Source of the DNA: an uncultured Acidobacteriota bacterium
GTDB taxonomy: Bacteria; Acidobacteriota; Terriglobia; Terriglobales; Acidobacteriaceae
Assembly (NCBI GenBank): GCA_963850585.1
Contig: CAWKLW010000015.1
Coordinates: 489,728 to 553,727 of the forward strand
Direction of reading: 5' to 3'
Length of the DNA: 64,000 nucleotides
In this document: in pieces, positions 10,382-19,595 of the stretch
How positions within the stretch are numbered: position 1 is the first letter of the stretch
Layout: each line of letters opens with the position of its first letter
The notes under the pieces: generated by a model
What the model was told of the DNA's origin: nothing
The model's database searches: none
Seen by the model: the letters and a program-made list of their open reading frames with translations, nothing else
Translations under genes and position numbers: made by a program

Positions 10382-10615
10382 GCGCTCGGACGTTGGGTTT
10401 TAGTCAATGACGAAAGCGCCTAAGACATGCAGTTAGGAAGGATGGAGGTTTGCAACCTTCTGAAAGAGGAGGCACTATTTCTTGGTCGGCCTTAGCGAAC
10501 GATTTAAGAACTATGATCGCCTTCGAGCTCCCGTTAGCACCAGAATCGCGGAGCGATGCGTTCGACCAGTAGCTCGGTTAGTATGACAAACAGATTTTCA
10601 GTGGGGGGCCTGTCC

Positions 10616-11124
10616 ATGCATGACTTCAAGCGCCGTTTTTTGTTGAAAGCTCTGGCAGTTCTTCCGTTTGCTCCTTATGCTGCGATTGCGGAACAAGAAC
10701 CTACGCTTCACCCTGTCGAGGCAGGCGCTGATCGCACTGGGAGGCCTCACAAGGCCGTACGCACGGAGAGCCATCTGGACTTCAAAGTGCTGACTCGAGA
10801 CACGAACGGCGCCTGGTTCATCATGGAGAACCGGAATATGGTTCGCGGCGGACCGCCGCGACACGTGCACTACGAGCAGGAAGAATGGTTCACTCGTTGA
10901 AGGCAGTGACGAGATCTTGATGAAAGTCGGCGAGAAGAAATTGCGCCGCAAACCGGGTGATTAGGTCCTCGCGCCGCGCAATGTGCCACATGTTTGGGCT
11001 TACTTGGGCCAACAACCTAGCCGAATGTTTGTAGCATTTACGCCGTTGGCGAGAATTGAAAGTTTCTTCGAGGAGATGACCGACACGAAAGTCAAGACGA
11101 GCCGGTTGAGAGGCACGGCATGAA
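10616..11124 (+). pseudogene. Tat-leader cupin-domain protein, at least 2 frameshifts
   Basis: Leader MHDFKRRFLLKALAVLPFAPYAAIA, then the cupin motif GGPPRHVHYEQEEWF. The sequence continues out of frame as VEGSDEILMKVGEKKLRRKPGD and then LVLAPRNVPHVWAYLGQQPSRMFVAFTPLARIESFFEEM. The 3' end is uncertain. Confidence 0.55.
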
Positions 11125-11216
11125 GCTGGTCGGCCCACCGCTGCTGGGCAGTTAGATCCTTGCCAAGAGTTCAAAACATTGTACATGAGTATCTGAGAAA
11201 AACAAGGCCGAAAAAT

Positions 11217-11264
11217 TGGTCGGGACGGGCAGATTTGAATTGCCGACCCCTCGCACCCCAAGCG
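11217..11264 (-). repeat. distal att site: 48-nt copy of the 3' part of tRNA-Pro
   Basis: tggtcgggacgggcagatttgaaTtgccgacccctcgcaccccaagcg matches 13358-13405 with one mismatch (t at 11240 versus c at 13381). The two flanking bases (at) are also shared. Confidence 0.85.
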
Positions 11265-11709
11265 GGCTTGCGCCGAAGGAGAACGAGAATTGCGGAATCA
11301 ACAGGTTAGAAACCGAATTCCTCTTCGGAAAGCTTAAGGCGAGTTATCAAGTTATGCAAGGAGAAATGTTACACCGCTACTTAGAAAACCAGTTTCTCTC
11401 GTTCCTTAGTTGCTTCCAGCTTCTCAGCACAGGCTTCGTGATAATCCATGTAGCGGTGCTGATCGTTCTCCCTGGATTCGGCGGTGGATAGGACCGCCAT
11501 ACGGAGGAATAACCGAGAAGAATTTATAGCGGGACTGCGTTTTAAATGAACTTTACGCCGGGTCCTTAAAGTAATCGCGTTCACTCGTTATTGATTGGGG
11601 ATCCGTTTTGTCCCCGATCGATTGACTGCTTCCATTCGAGGCGGCAAATCGCCCGCCAACAATGCATTAGAACGTTGGCCAATGAAGCCGCCCTCGCAGG
11701 TGCGATGGT

Positions 11710-12203
11710 TCACCCACTCGTACTGACACCGATGGCCGGAGCAGAGGACGTAGCTGGCTCCGGCATGATGCGAGCGTGAGACGACTGCTTTGCAAGTGGG
11801 TCGATCGTGTCAAGAGCGGCGCCGGCATAAGGTATACTCGCGATAGCTTGAATGGCTCGCCATCCGCGAGCACGAACTGGTGAACGGCTCATTGAAAGGG
11901 TTATTGAAAAAGAGAAGGACCCGACTGATTTGCAGGGACAAGGCTGGAAACCTGTTGCTGGGCCGCCCAGTTGAAAGAAGCTGACAGGTTCGTGGGTGGT
12001 CACGAAATGAATCGCAGCGAGCCCGCCATTTGCTGTTATGCCTGCCAAAAACTTGGGGTTTGGGCGTGATCCAGCTGCGGGATGAACGAAATTCAACCCC
12101 GCAAATCTGAGAGTTGTACCTAAGAACGTCACCGTGCCGACAGTAATGCTGTCGGCAAAGGCGCTAATGGTGTAAGTAGAACGACCAGGAGTAGTTTACG
12201 CAT
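11710..12203 (-). pseudogene. island cargo: secreted hypothetical protein, frameshifted, possible PEP-CTERM-like tail
   Basis: ATG at 12203-12201 follows a ggagtgag RBS. The leader MRKLLLVVLLTPLAPLPTALLSA runs into TGA. The next frame continues GTVTFLGTTLRFAGLNFVHPAAGSRPNPKFLAGITANGGLAAIHFV... and ends ...RIMPEPATSSAPAIGVSTSG*. The PEPAT near the end may be the start of a broken PEP-CTERM anchor. Weak call. Confidence 0.3.
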
Positions 12204-12256
12204 ACTCACTCCTTAAATAGGGGGAGTACATTAGCGCGGCCCCAACAACAAGAGAA

Positions 12257-12272
12257 TACAGAATATTCTGTA
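12257..12272. promoter_or_regulatory. perfect 16-bp palindrome in the AT-rich island interior
   Basis: tacagaatattctgta lies 54 nt upstream of the cargo ATG at 12203. Possible operator; function unknown. Confidence 0.25.
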
Positions 12273-12479
12273 GTTCTATCCGATTTCAGCCACATTCGAA
12301 TGATGTGCAACGAAACGGTTCAAGGATTACGATTAGAGACTAGCATTGACCTTTTTATTTCAAGACTTCAAAATTCCCTATCCCGAGGGTCCCATCCCAA
12401 GTCGAAGGCTATCCCAGGCCGGCAGTTTACATCGTCGGGAAAAAAAGGCTTCTCCCGCCCCGCCTCAGACAGGCAACTC

Positions 12480-13304
12480 TCAGCCGAGTAAGCTAAGCCT
12501 CTGATGAACCGCCTGTAGGTCTTCGGTCATCAGGTTGGCGTAACGCCTGGTCATCTCAAGAGTCGAATGACCGAGCATCTTCTGGAGGTGGAAAACGCTC
12601 CCGCCCTTCCGCAGATAGTTGACCGCAAACGTGTGCAGCATGGCATGAATGCTCCGCTCAGGTGGCTCGAAACCGAGCGATCGACACAGAAACTTGAAGT
12701 CGCGGAGAACATTCCGGCGTCCCTGTTTTGTCCCGCCCTGAGTTCCGAAGACATAGCCCTCCCTCGCTTCGGTCTTTCGCTGAAAAAGGAACAACCGTTT
12801 TCGGAGTTCAAGAGAGATCGGGACGAGCCTGTCTTTGCTGCCCTTGCCATGCAGCAGCACGAGCAGATTGTCGAAGGTGACGTCTTTCCAGTGAAGACTC
12901 AACGTTCGTCAAGCGGCAGCCATTTCAGCGAGAAACGCAATAAACGTCGATAGGCGATGGCCTGTGATTCTTTTTGGCTTCCAACCGAGAAGGAGGTGTA
13001 ATTGTTGTGGCGTGTACGTCGGAAGTATGTGCTGCGGTTCTTTCATCTGTGGCACTTTGAAAGGAAAACCAGCCCACTTCAGATATGCATTGATCGAGCG
13101 AATAGCACTATTGCAGCCAGTCGCACGAAGGCCTTTCTCCCGCATTCGGATGACGACCTGCCTCAATTCCTCTTCGGTTGGAGACTCGGACGGCAACCAC
13201 TTTAGATTGTGGGTGTGCCAGGAGATTGTGGCAGGAGAAACGTTGTGAAGGTACTGGCGTTCACGGATGAACTGCTGGAATTTGGGAAGCAGCGAAACCT
13301 CCAA
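12480..13304 (-). pseudogene. tyrosine recombinase / phage-type integrase, inactivated
   Basis: ORFs 12909-13304 and 12480-12902 are in the same frame, separated by an in-frame TGA at 12909-12911 (...FIAFLAEMAAA*RTLSLHWKDV). That is exactly where the first catalytic Arg block (TGxRxxE) is expected, and an alternative frame there reads GCRL. Box II reads HAMLHTFA, with Leu where the conserved HxLRHTFA Arg belongs. GHSTLEMTRRYA carries the catalytic Tyr context. Confidence 0.8.
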
Positions 13305-13357
13305 GACAAGGGGTCAAAACCCGAGAGTTTGAGGATTTCGCTCGTAACTTGTTGAAT

Positions 13358-13434
13358 TGGTCGGGACGGGCAGATTTGAACTGCCGACCCCTCGCACCCC
13401 AAGCGAGTGCTCTACCAGGCTGAGCCACGTCCCG
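13358..13434 (-). tRNA. tRNA-Pro (anticodon GGG)
   Basis: The reverse complement folds as a canonical cloverleaf: cgggacg-tg-gctc-agcctggta-gagc-a-ctcgc-ttGGGgt-gcgag-gggtc-ggcag-ttcaaat-ctgcc-cgtcccg-a-cca. It has a 7-bp acceptor stem, a TTCAAAT T-loop and an encoded CCA. Confidence 0.9.
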
Positions 13435-13551
13435 ACTTGGAAAATTCCGCCGTGCTGAAGGGCTAGCGGAAGGGGTTCTCAGTGATTCTACACCAAAGAT
13501 GCGGGGACATCTCGCCTGCAACGCCCGGTGCACATGCGGCGGGAGCGAAGG

Positions 13552-16395
13552 TTACTCCAGGTCTCTCCAGTTCATGCCTACGCCCATCTCCACCAGGAGC
13601 GGCACAGCGAGCGGATGCGCTTTCTCCATGTGCTCTCGGACGAGTGACTTCATTACATCAATCTCCGGTTCCGGGACCTCGAAGACCAGTTCGTCGTGCA
13701 CCTGCAAGGTCATGCGCGATTTGAGGCCACGCTCGCGGAGAGCGGCGTCGATGCGGATCATGGCAATCTTGATTAGGTCCGCGGCCGTGCCCTGCAGGGG
13801 GGTATTCACGGCAGTGCGCTCGGCGAATCCGCGCTGGTTGGAGTTCTTGCTGTTAATGTCGGGGATTGGGCGCACGCGGCCGAAGAGTGTTTTGACCTTC
13901 ATGTCGCGGCGGGCTTCCTCGAGCGTTCTGTCGATGAATTTGCGGACGCCGCTGTATTTTTCGAAGTAGGCGTTGATGAATTGTTTGGCCTCGCTGGTAT
14001 CGATTCCCAGGTTCTGCGAAAGCCCGAACGGCGATAGCCCGTACACAATTCCGAAGTTCACGACCTTGGCCTGGCGCCTGTGATCTGCGGTGACCATCAG
14101 CGGAGGGACGCCGAAGACCTGGGATGCGGTGAGGGTGTGCACATCGTCGCCTCGACGATACGCTTCGACCAGAAGGGAGTCTCCCGAGAAATGCGCTAGA
14201 AGCCGAAGCTCGATCTGGGAGTAATCCGCGGTGAGCAGCACGTGTCCGGGTTCGGCGATGAAGGCGGCCCGAATACCCCGGCCCAACTCGGTGCGAATGG
14301 GGATATTTTGCAGATTGGGATTGGCCGAAGATAGGCGTCCGGTTGCCGTCCCGGTCTGGGCGAAGGTGGTGTGCAGCCTTCCCGTGGCTGGATTGATGAG
14401 CGCGGGGAGTGCATCGACGTAGGTGGATTTAAGCTTGGTCAGTTGGCGGTAATCGAGCACCATGCGGGCAATCGGATAATTTTCAGCCAGTTCCTCGAGC
14501 ACATCGACAGCGGTGGAAATCGTGCGTCCCTTGCCATACTTCACCGGCTTGGGCAGATTCATGCGGTTGAAGAGCACGTCGCCCAGTTGCTTGGGCGAGC
14601 CCACGTTGAACTCCGTCCCGGCAACTTCGTGGATCTCTTTTTCTTTTACCCGGATCTCCCGCTCAAGTTCCACCGACATGCTGGCCAGCGCGGGCACATC
14701 GATCTTGACGCCGGCCTGCTCCATGCGCGTGAGCACGGGAACCAGCGGCATGTCGATCTCTTCATAAACCTTGTTCAATCCCTGGTGCTCGACTTCGGCA
14801 CGCAAGGCGCTACTCACGCGTCCAGTGATATCGGCTGATTCTGCCAGCGAGCCGGAGAGCTTGAGATTGAACCGGCGCAGGGCAACCTCGGCCAACGCAT
14901 GGGATGAGTACGTGGGATCGAGCAGGTACGAATAAAGCATCGAGTCATGCTGTACGGCCTCGATGCTGATGCCCAACGGAGCCAGCGCATGCAGTGCGGA
15001 CTTGTAGTCGTGAATCGCTTTGGGGATTTTGCCGTCCCTCAAAACGGCCTTCAGCCGGGAAGCCGCGTCGCCGGAATCGAGTTTCACTACCGTGGACGAT
15101 CCCGTGGTCGCGGAGATCGCGATGCGCTGTGGAGTTTTCGGCGCAGGAGCATTCAATGCCCCTCCCATAAGCGAAAGCTGCTCTTGCTGCGCAGGTTCTT
15201 CCTCGGGCTGGGTCTCTTGCTCTGCCGACGCAGACGACTCTTCGTGCTCAACCGCGACCGCCAGGGCAGTTTCCGCGCTGAGGGAATTGAGGACCTGCTC
15301 GAGATCCGCTGCCGAATCCGCGTCGGTGTAGTGAGTCTCGCTCACCTCGGCTACAGGCAGCAACTCCTTGAGCAGCGACGTAAATTCCAATTCCGTGAAT
15401 AGCGATCGAAGTGCGTCAATGTCTGGGTCACCGGCGTGCATGGAGTCCACGTCCAGTTCCACCGGCACATTCGTGTCTATAGTCGCCATGCTCTTGCTGA
15501 AAAGGATGGTGTCGCGATTGTTCTGCAGCGACTCGCGATAAGTTTTGCGCTCGACTTCGGCGGCGCGATCGAGCGCCGCTTCGACGGAACCGAAGCGCTT
15601 GATGATCTCCACAGAGCCTTTGTCGCCGATCCCGGGCGCTCCAGGTATGTTGTCGATGGAGTCTCCGCGCAGCGCCATGACGTCTATGACGCGCTCGGGC
15701 GGCACTCCCAGAATCTCCTCGACCTTGGCTGCGTCGCAGATCAAGTTGTCCTTCGGCGGATTCAGGATGTGCACTTTGTCGTTCACCAACTGCATCATGT
15801 CCTTGTCGCTCGACACGATGTAGACGGTACGCCCCGCGTCGGCAGCCTTGCGCGCCAAGGTGCCAATCACGTCGTCGGCCTCGAAGCGAGTCACGCCGAT
15901 CATGGGAATGCGGTACGCCTCGAGCGCGCGCCGAATGTACGGAACCTGCTGGGCGAGATCCTCAGGCATCGCCTTGCGATTCGCCTTGTATCCCTTGTAT
16001 TCGATTTCGGTGAAAGTCTGCGTCTTGATGTCGAACTTGCGGATGGAAGTGACGCTGTCGGCCTGCTCATCTCGGAACGTGCGCCCCGCAACGTCGAAAA
16101 CGGCGGCGAGATATTGCGGGGAGAAGTCGTCGCGCAACTTGCGCAGCATGTTAACGAAGACGTAGATGGCAGCGGTAGGCAGGCCCGTTTTGGTGGACAT
16201 GGGCCGCTGCCGAGCCATGGCGTGATAGGCGCGGAAGATGAACGACATGGTGTCGATCAAGAAAATCCGGCCGGGCGCCGCCGTACTGTCTTCGACACAC
16301 GCGGGCGTGCCTGTGGAGACGTTGCTGGCAACGTCTCTCTCGGCTGCAGACGCCGCCCTTGTCCTGGCGATCGATGCTTTGGAGCGAGGAGACAA
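13552..16395 (-). CDS. polA: DNA polymerase I
   Basis: Intact 947-aa ORF. It has a 5'-nuclease N-terminus (IFLIDTMSFIFRAYHAM) and the pol motifs LLTADYSQIELRLLAH, VNFGIVYGLS and LQVHDELVFE. Confidence 0.95.
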   Translation of the reverse strand: MSPRSKASIARTRAASAAERDVASNVSTGTPACVEDSTAAPGRIFLIDTMSFIFRAYHAMARQRPMSTKTGLPTAAIYVFVNMLRKLRDDFSPQYLAAVFDVAGRTFRDEQADSVTSIRKFDIKTQTFTEIEYKGYKANRKAMPEDLAQQVPYIRRALEAYRIPMIGVTRFEADDVIGTLARKAADAGRTVYIVSSDKDMMQLVNDKVHILNPPKDNLICDAAKVEEILGVPPERVIDVMALRGDSIDNIPGAPGIGDKGSVEIIKRFGSVEAALDRAAEVERKTYRESLQNNRDTILFSKSMATIDTNVPVELDVDSMHAGDPDIDALRSLFTELEFTSLLKELLPVAEVSETHYTDADSAADLEQVLNSLSAETALAVAVEHEESSASAEQETQPEEEPAQQEQLSLMGGALNAPAPKTPQRIAISATTGSSTVVKLDSGDAASRLKAVLRDGKIPKAIHDYKSALHALAPLGISIEAVQHDSMLYSYLLDPTYSSHALAEVALRRFNLKLSGSLAESADITGRVSSALRAEVEHQGLNKVYEEIDMPLVPVLTRMEQAGVKIDVPALASMSVELEREIRVKEKEIHEVAGTEFNVGSPKQLGDVLFNRMNLPKPVKYGKGRTISTAVDVLEELAENYPIARMVLDYRQLTKLKSTYVDALPALINPATGRLHTTFAQTGTATGRLSSANPNLQNIPIRTELGRGIRAAFIAEPGHVLLTADYSQIELRLLAHFSGDSLLVEAYRRGDDVHTLTASQVFGVPPLMVTADHRRQAKVVNFGIVYGLSPFGLSQNLGIDTSEAKQFINAYFEKYSGVRKFIDRTLEEARRDMKVKTLFGRVRPIPDINSKNSNQRGFAERTAVNTPLQGTAADLIKIAMIRIDAALRERGLKSRMTLQVHDELVFEVPEPEIDVMKSLVREHMEKAHPLAVPLLVEMGVGMNWRDLE

Positions 16396-16423
16396 CCGTT
16401 CTAGTTTAGCAGCAGGACGCGAG

Positions 16424-17080
16424 CTAGAACTCCAGGCCGAAGTCCGCTTTCACGAACTTCTTACCGTCTCGGCGAGAGTTGTTGCGGAAAATCAGGTGAT
16501 ACCGGGCGGGCTGATTGAAGGTGGGCGGAAGCTGGGCATTAATATCTGCCGCGGGGGCATCTTCAGCCTGGAAAGCTGCGTCTCCCGCGCGGTGGCTCAC
16601 AAACTCGGAGTACTGCTGATCACTCAGGACCAGAACCTCGACCGGAGCGTTCGCACCGCCGCCGGGTGTTGCAGAGGACTGGAAGGTGCCACGCAGCCGC
16701 GGAGTCGATGCGTGCGCCGGAACCTGGAAGGCGAGCTGCACCGCTGAGCGCACGGTGAAACTCTTATGCAAAATCTGAGCCGTAGACCCAACCACGGAGC
16801 CACCCACGTGGTCGCTGGCGGTGGGGATCCAGGTTACCGTCTCGACTTCTTTCGCGGCGGGTGTGGACCCTTCCTGGTTGGCCATGTAATCGGCCAATGG
16901 ACCGACCATCTTCACGGCCTGAGCGGCTTGCTTCGCCTCTGCATAGCTCGTGCGGTTTTCGGATGACTTTGGCGAGACTGCGCGAGCCACCAGGGGAACC
17001 TGCTGCATGCGGCGATACGAGTACAGCCCACCCATGATGAAGACGAAGGCTACTAACAAAAGGCCAAACAAACTTCTCAT
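16424..17080 (-). CDS. membrane-anchored hypothetical protein
   Basis: 228-aa ORF. The likely start is the internal MRSLFGLLLVAFVFIMGGLY (17080), giving one TM helix then a soluble domain. No family recognised. Confidence 0.45.
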   Translation of the reverse strand: MRSLFGLLLVAFVFIMGGLYSYRRMQQVPLVARAVSPKSSENRTSYAEAKQAAQAVKMVGPLADYMANQEGSTPAAKEVETVTWIPTASDHVGGSVVGSTAQILHKSFTVRSAVQLAFQVPAHASTPRLRGTFQSSATPGGGANAPVEVLVLSDQQYSEFVSHRAGDAAFQAEDAPAADINAQLPPTFNQPARYHLIFRNNSRRDGKKFVKADFGLEF

Positions 17081-17158
17081 ACCGACTCCTGACAACTTAA
17101 AAAAGACCATCTTAGGGGCGCTTGAGCCGGGCAGGTAGATATCCAGAGTAACTTCTGG

Positions 17159-17731
17159 CTACTTCGAGTTGCAGTACTCGGTGTTGAAGTGCAATTTGAT
17201 TTCGCCGCATGTGCCTTGCTCGGGAGAGTAGACGACGCAGGTATCGAAAGGGCGGGAATAGACGTGCAGGCTTATGGCGCGTTGATCAAATTCCTTGGGA
17301 TTGACCACGCGATGCACTGGATCGGCCGGGTTCACTGCGCAGGGCTCGGCGAGATTCATCTCAACGGTGTTGAGCGGCTCCAGTCGGCATGTGCCGCGCT
17401 CTAAGTCCTGATGAACCAGATGGAAATTTTCCACTCGCAGGCGTCCCATGGGAACGGCCATCCAGCAGTTCTGATCGCGATGGTTATGCACGGAACTGGC
17501 CTGCCCGACTTCCCAGCAGATCGCCATCAACTCGTAAAGGGACGTACGGTCGATCAGATTGCGCGTATAGTGCTGCCGATCCCAGGTCAGATAAGGAGCT
17601 AAGGAATCCACATCGACAGGGTTGTGCTGAAGAAGACGGCGCAGCGACTCGGTTTCATTGAACGCAGAGCCGTCTAGCTTTCTAAGCTGCTGCATCAGGT
17701 CTTGAATGGAAATTAGTCCGACGCTTCTCAT
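17159..17731 (-). CDS. cysteine dioxygenase type I-like cupin protein
   Basis: Intact 190-aa ORF. YELMAICWEVGQASSVHNHRDQNCWMAVPMGRLRVENF ... ISLHVYSRP matches the CDO-type cupin metal motif (xHxH ... H). The start ATG overlaps the ispF stop (ATGA at 17728-17731). Confidence 0.6.
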   Translation of the reverse strand: MRSVGLISIQDLMQQLRKLDGSAFNETESLRRLLQHNPVDVDSLAPYLTWDRQHYTRNLIDRTSLYELMAICWEVGQASSVHNHRDQNCWMAVPMGRLRVENFHLVHQDLERGTCRLEPLNTVEMNLAEPCAVNPADPVHRVVNPKEFDQRAISLHVYSRPFDTCVVYSPEQGTCGEIKLHFNTEYCNSK

Positions 17732-18252
17732 CTCTTCTTGCCCCGGGTGCCCGGTTTCTTCCGGGTTTTGCGAGAAGCGGAGATTTTGCCGGCACTCTCA
17801 AGCAGGACCACGACATGGGCCACGGCGGTGTTCTCCAGACTGAGCCCCTCAGGAGTTTTCGCTTTGAGGCCCACACAGTCGCTTTGGACGCCGAGCAATT
17901 TTGCCACGTGTTCGCGGATGGCGACACTGTGTGACCCAATTTTGGGAGCCGCCAGGATGAGGCTGCAATCCAGGTTTGAAAGCTGGTATCCGGCGCGCCG
18001 TACGCGGTCGAGCGATTCACGCAAGAAGACCACGGAATCCGCGCCCTTCCATTTGGGATCGGAAGGAGGAAACAATGCTCCGATGTCAGGCGCGGCGATG
18101 GCTCCCAGAAGCGCGTCGGTGATGGCGTGGAGAAGTACGTCTCCGTCGGAATGTCCGCCTAGCCCTTTACTGTGGGGCAGCGCTACCCCACCAATCTTCA
18201 GCGGGACGCCTGCACGGAATTCATGGGAGTCGAATCCGTAGCCGATTCTCAT
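17728..18252 (-). CDS. ispF: 2-C-methyl-D-erythritol 2,4-cyclodiphosphate synthase
   Basis: MRIGYGFDSHEF...GHSDGDVLLHAITDALLGA...FPPSDPKWKGADS are canonical IspF motifs. It carries a basic C-terminal extension (SRKTRKKPGTRGKKR). The start is taken at the internal ATG 18252. Confidence 0.9.
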   Translation of the reverse strand: MRIGYGFDSHEFRAGVPLKIGGVALPHSKGLGGHSDGDVLLHAITDALLGAIAAPDIGALFPPSDPKWKGADSVVFLRESLDRVRRAGYQLSNLDCSLILAAPKIGSHSVAIREHVAKLLGVQSDCVGLKAKTPEGLSLENTAVAHVVVLLESAGKISASRKTRKKPGTRGKKR

Positions 18253-18687
18253 GCAGAGACCTCGGCCACGGATTCGCACGGATTTCCACGGATCTTTTTT
18301 CGTTCGTTATCGAATATCATGCGACGGAATTGCGGACGGAGGCCAAAGTTGAGCAGAACCGATTTCGATTTCCGTTGCGCGGAGATAATGCAGCAGTTGC
18401 GCTTCGTGAGCGGGTTCGAGACAGCGTCCTGCTTTCAGCTCGAGCAGCACTTTGTGTTCTACGAGAATGTCGCCAAAGTACGGACCGATCTTCTTGCCGC
18501 GAAACCACACTGGAATAGCAACCTGACGGGCAACTTCCAGTCCGCAATCTTGAAGGGCCAGCATCATCGCGGTCGAGTAGGTCGATTCCAAGAAGCCGAA
18601 TCCCAGTTCGTTGTAGACATCGAAAAACACTCCAATGACTCTTTCAGTCAGCTCGGAATATTTCAGATTCGCACGTAGCCTTTCCAT
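18249..18687 (-). pseudogene. GxxExxY (PD-(D/E)XK_3) family protein, one frameshift near the 3' end
   Basis: The sequence reads MERLRANLKYSELTERVIGVFFDVYNELGFGFLESTYSTAMMLALQDCGLEVARQVAIPVWFRGKKIGPYFGDILVEHKVLLELKAGRCLEPAHEAQLLHYLRATEIEIG. From about 18360 the next frame gives LLLNFGLRPQFRRMIFDNERKKIRGNPCESVAEVSA*, the usual family ending. Its TGA (18251-18249) overlaps the ispF ATG. Confidence 0.75.
18267..18283. repeat. 17-bp inverted-repeat arm flanking the GxxExxY gene (left)
   Basis: cacggattcgcacggat. The perfect reverse complement is at 18719-18735. Confidence 0.7.
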
Positions 18688-18718
18688 AACGTTCAGTCTA
18701 CGTGGTGAAAAAAGGTTT

Positions 18719-18735
18719 ATCCGTGCGAATCCGTG
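18719..18735. repeat. 17-bp inverted-repeat arm flanking the GxxExxY gene (right)
   Basis: atccgtgcgaatccgtg is the reverse complement of 18267-18283. It lies 12 nt downstream of the ispD stop. Confidence 0.7.
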
Positions 18736-18746
18736 AAGATCTGTGG

Positions 18747-19484
18747 CTAATTCCCCAAATAGAACTCGGCCAGGTCCATGTCCCCGGGACTCGTGATCTT
18801 GATGTTGCGGGGCGATCCCATGACCACCCAAACGTCATGTCCGGAGCGCTCGGCCAGCGACGCTTCGTCCGTGCCCATGAAGCCGTCGGCAACTGCTTCG
18901 TCAAAAACTTTCTTGATCACACTGTAGCGAAACCCCTGCGGAGTCTGCGCCAATACGACACTCGCTCGCGGAATCGTCGCCTTGATGATGGCGCCTTCCG
19001 CCGTGCGTTCCACCTGCTTGACGGTGTCGACCGCGGGAAGTCCGGCAATGGCAGCGCCATGTTTTCTCGCCGCCTCGATGACTTCAAGGATGATTTCGCT
19101 GGAGACCAGCGGCCGCACAGCATCATGCACCAGCACGATGTCGTCCGGCCCCGCGGAAATTGCATTCAACGCGTGCTCCACGGATTGCTGACGGTGTTCG
19201 CCGCCAGCTACAAACTCAACTTTTTTCTTGAGCACATCTTGGGCTTCGGCCTGAAGCCTTTCCCGAAAGCCCTCGATTTCATTTTCGCGTAGGGCTACCC
19301 AGATCTCACTCACCAGATCGACGGCGACAAACTTGCGGAGGGTATGAATCAGAATGGGAGTTCCGGCCAGTTCGGTAAACTGCTTCGATGGGTGCGGGTT
19401 CTTGCCCTTCGCAGTCTTGCCGCTGGGAACGGGAGCCATGCGGGTTCCGAGTCCAGCAGCCGGAATGATGACGATGACCTTCAT
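18747..19484 (-). CDS. ispD: 2-C-methyl-D-erythritol 4-phosphate cytidylyltransferase
   Basis: Intact 245-aa ORF. It has VIIPAAGLGTRM, VLVHDAVRPLV and LAQTPQGF motifs. Confidence 0.9.
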   Translation of the reverse strand: MKVIVIIPAAGLGTRMAPVPSGKTAKGKNPHPSKQFTELAGTPILIHTLRKFVAVDLVSEIWVALRENEIEGFRERLQAEAQDVLKKKVEFVAGGEHRQQSVEHALNAISAGPDDIVLVHDAVRPLVSSEIILEVIEAARKHGAAIAGLPAVDTVKQVERTAEGAIIKATIPRASVVLAQTPQGFRYSVIKKVFDEAVADGFMGTDEASLAERSGHDVWVVMGSPRNIKITSPGDMDLAEFYLGN

Positions 19485-19595
19485 AGCGGGGTGTAAGTAT
19501 ACGGATGCCGAACGGCAACTTCAAATCTCGCGGGTCCGAAAGAGATGGCGAGGACTTGGCCACATTAGCTAATCCTCGCCTGAGATTAAGACGAA

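Larger units (their letters stand above)
11217..13405 (-). mobile_element. decayed tRNA-Pro-integrated element (integrase remnant plus short cargo)
   Basis: A direct repeat of the tRNA 3' segment bounds the element at both ends. The tyrosine-recombinase gene starts 54 nt from the tRNA 3' end. The interior (especially 12240-12470) looks visibly more AT-rich than the flanks. Confidence 0.75.

Noticed and set aside
11381-11584. 67-aa - strand ORF inside the island (possible excisionase or small regulator)
   Set aside because: No HTH or other motif is recognisable. The N-terminal half is Arg/Ser/Leu-rich, and the ORF could be noise in AT-rich DNA. It is mentioned only as possible cargo.
15436-16404. 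322-aa + strand ORF, and the similar ORFs at 14371-14838 and 14947-15402
   Set aside because: Antisense to polA, which is intact with canonical polymerase motifs.
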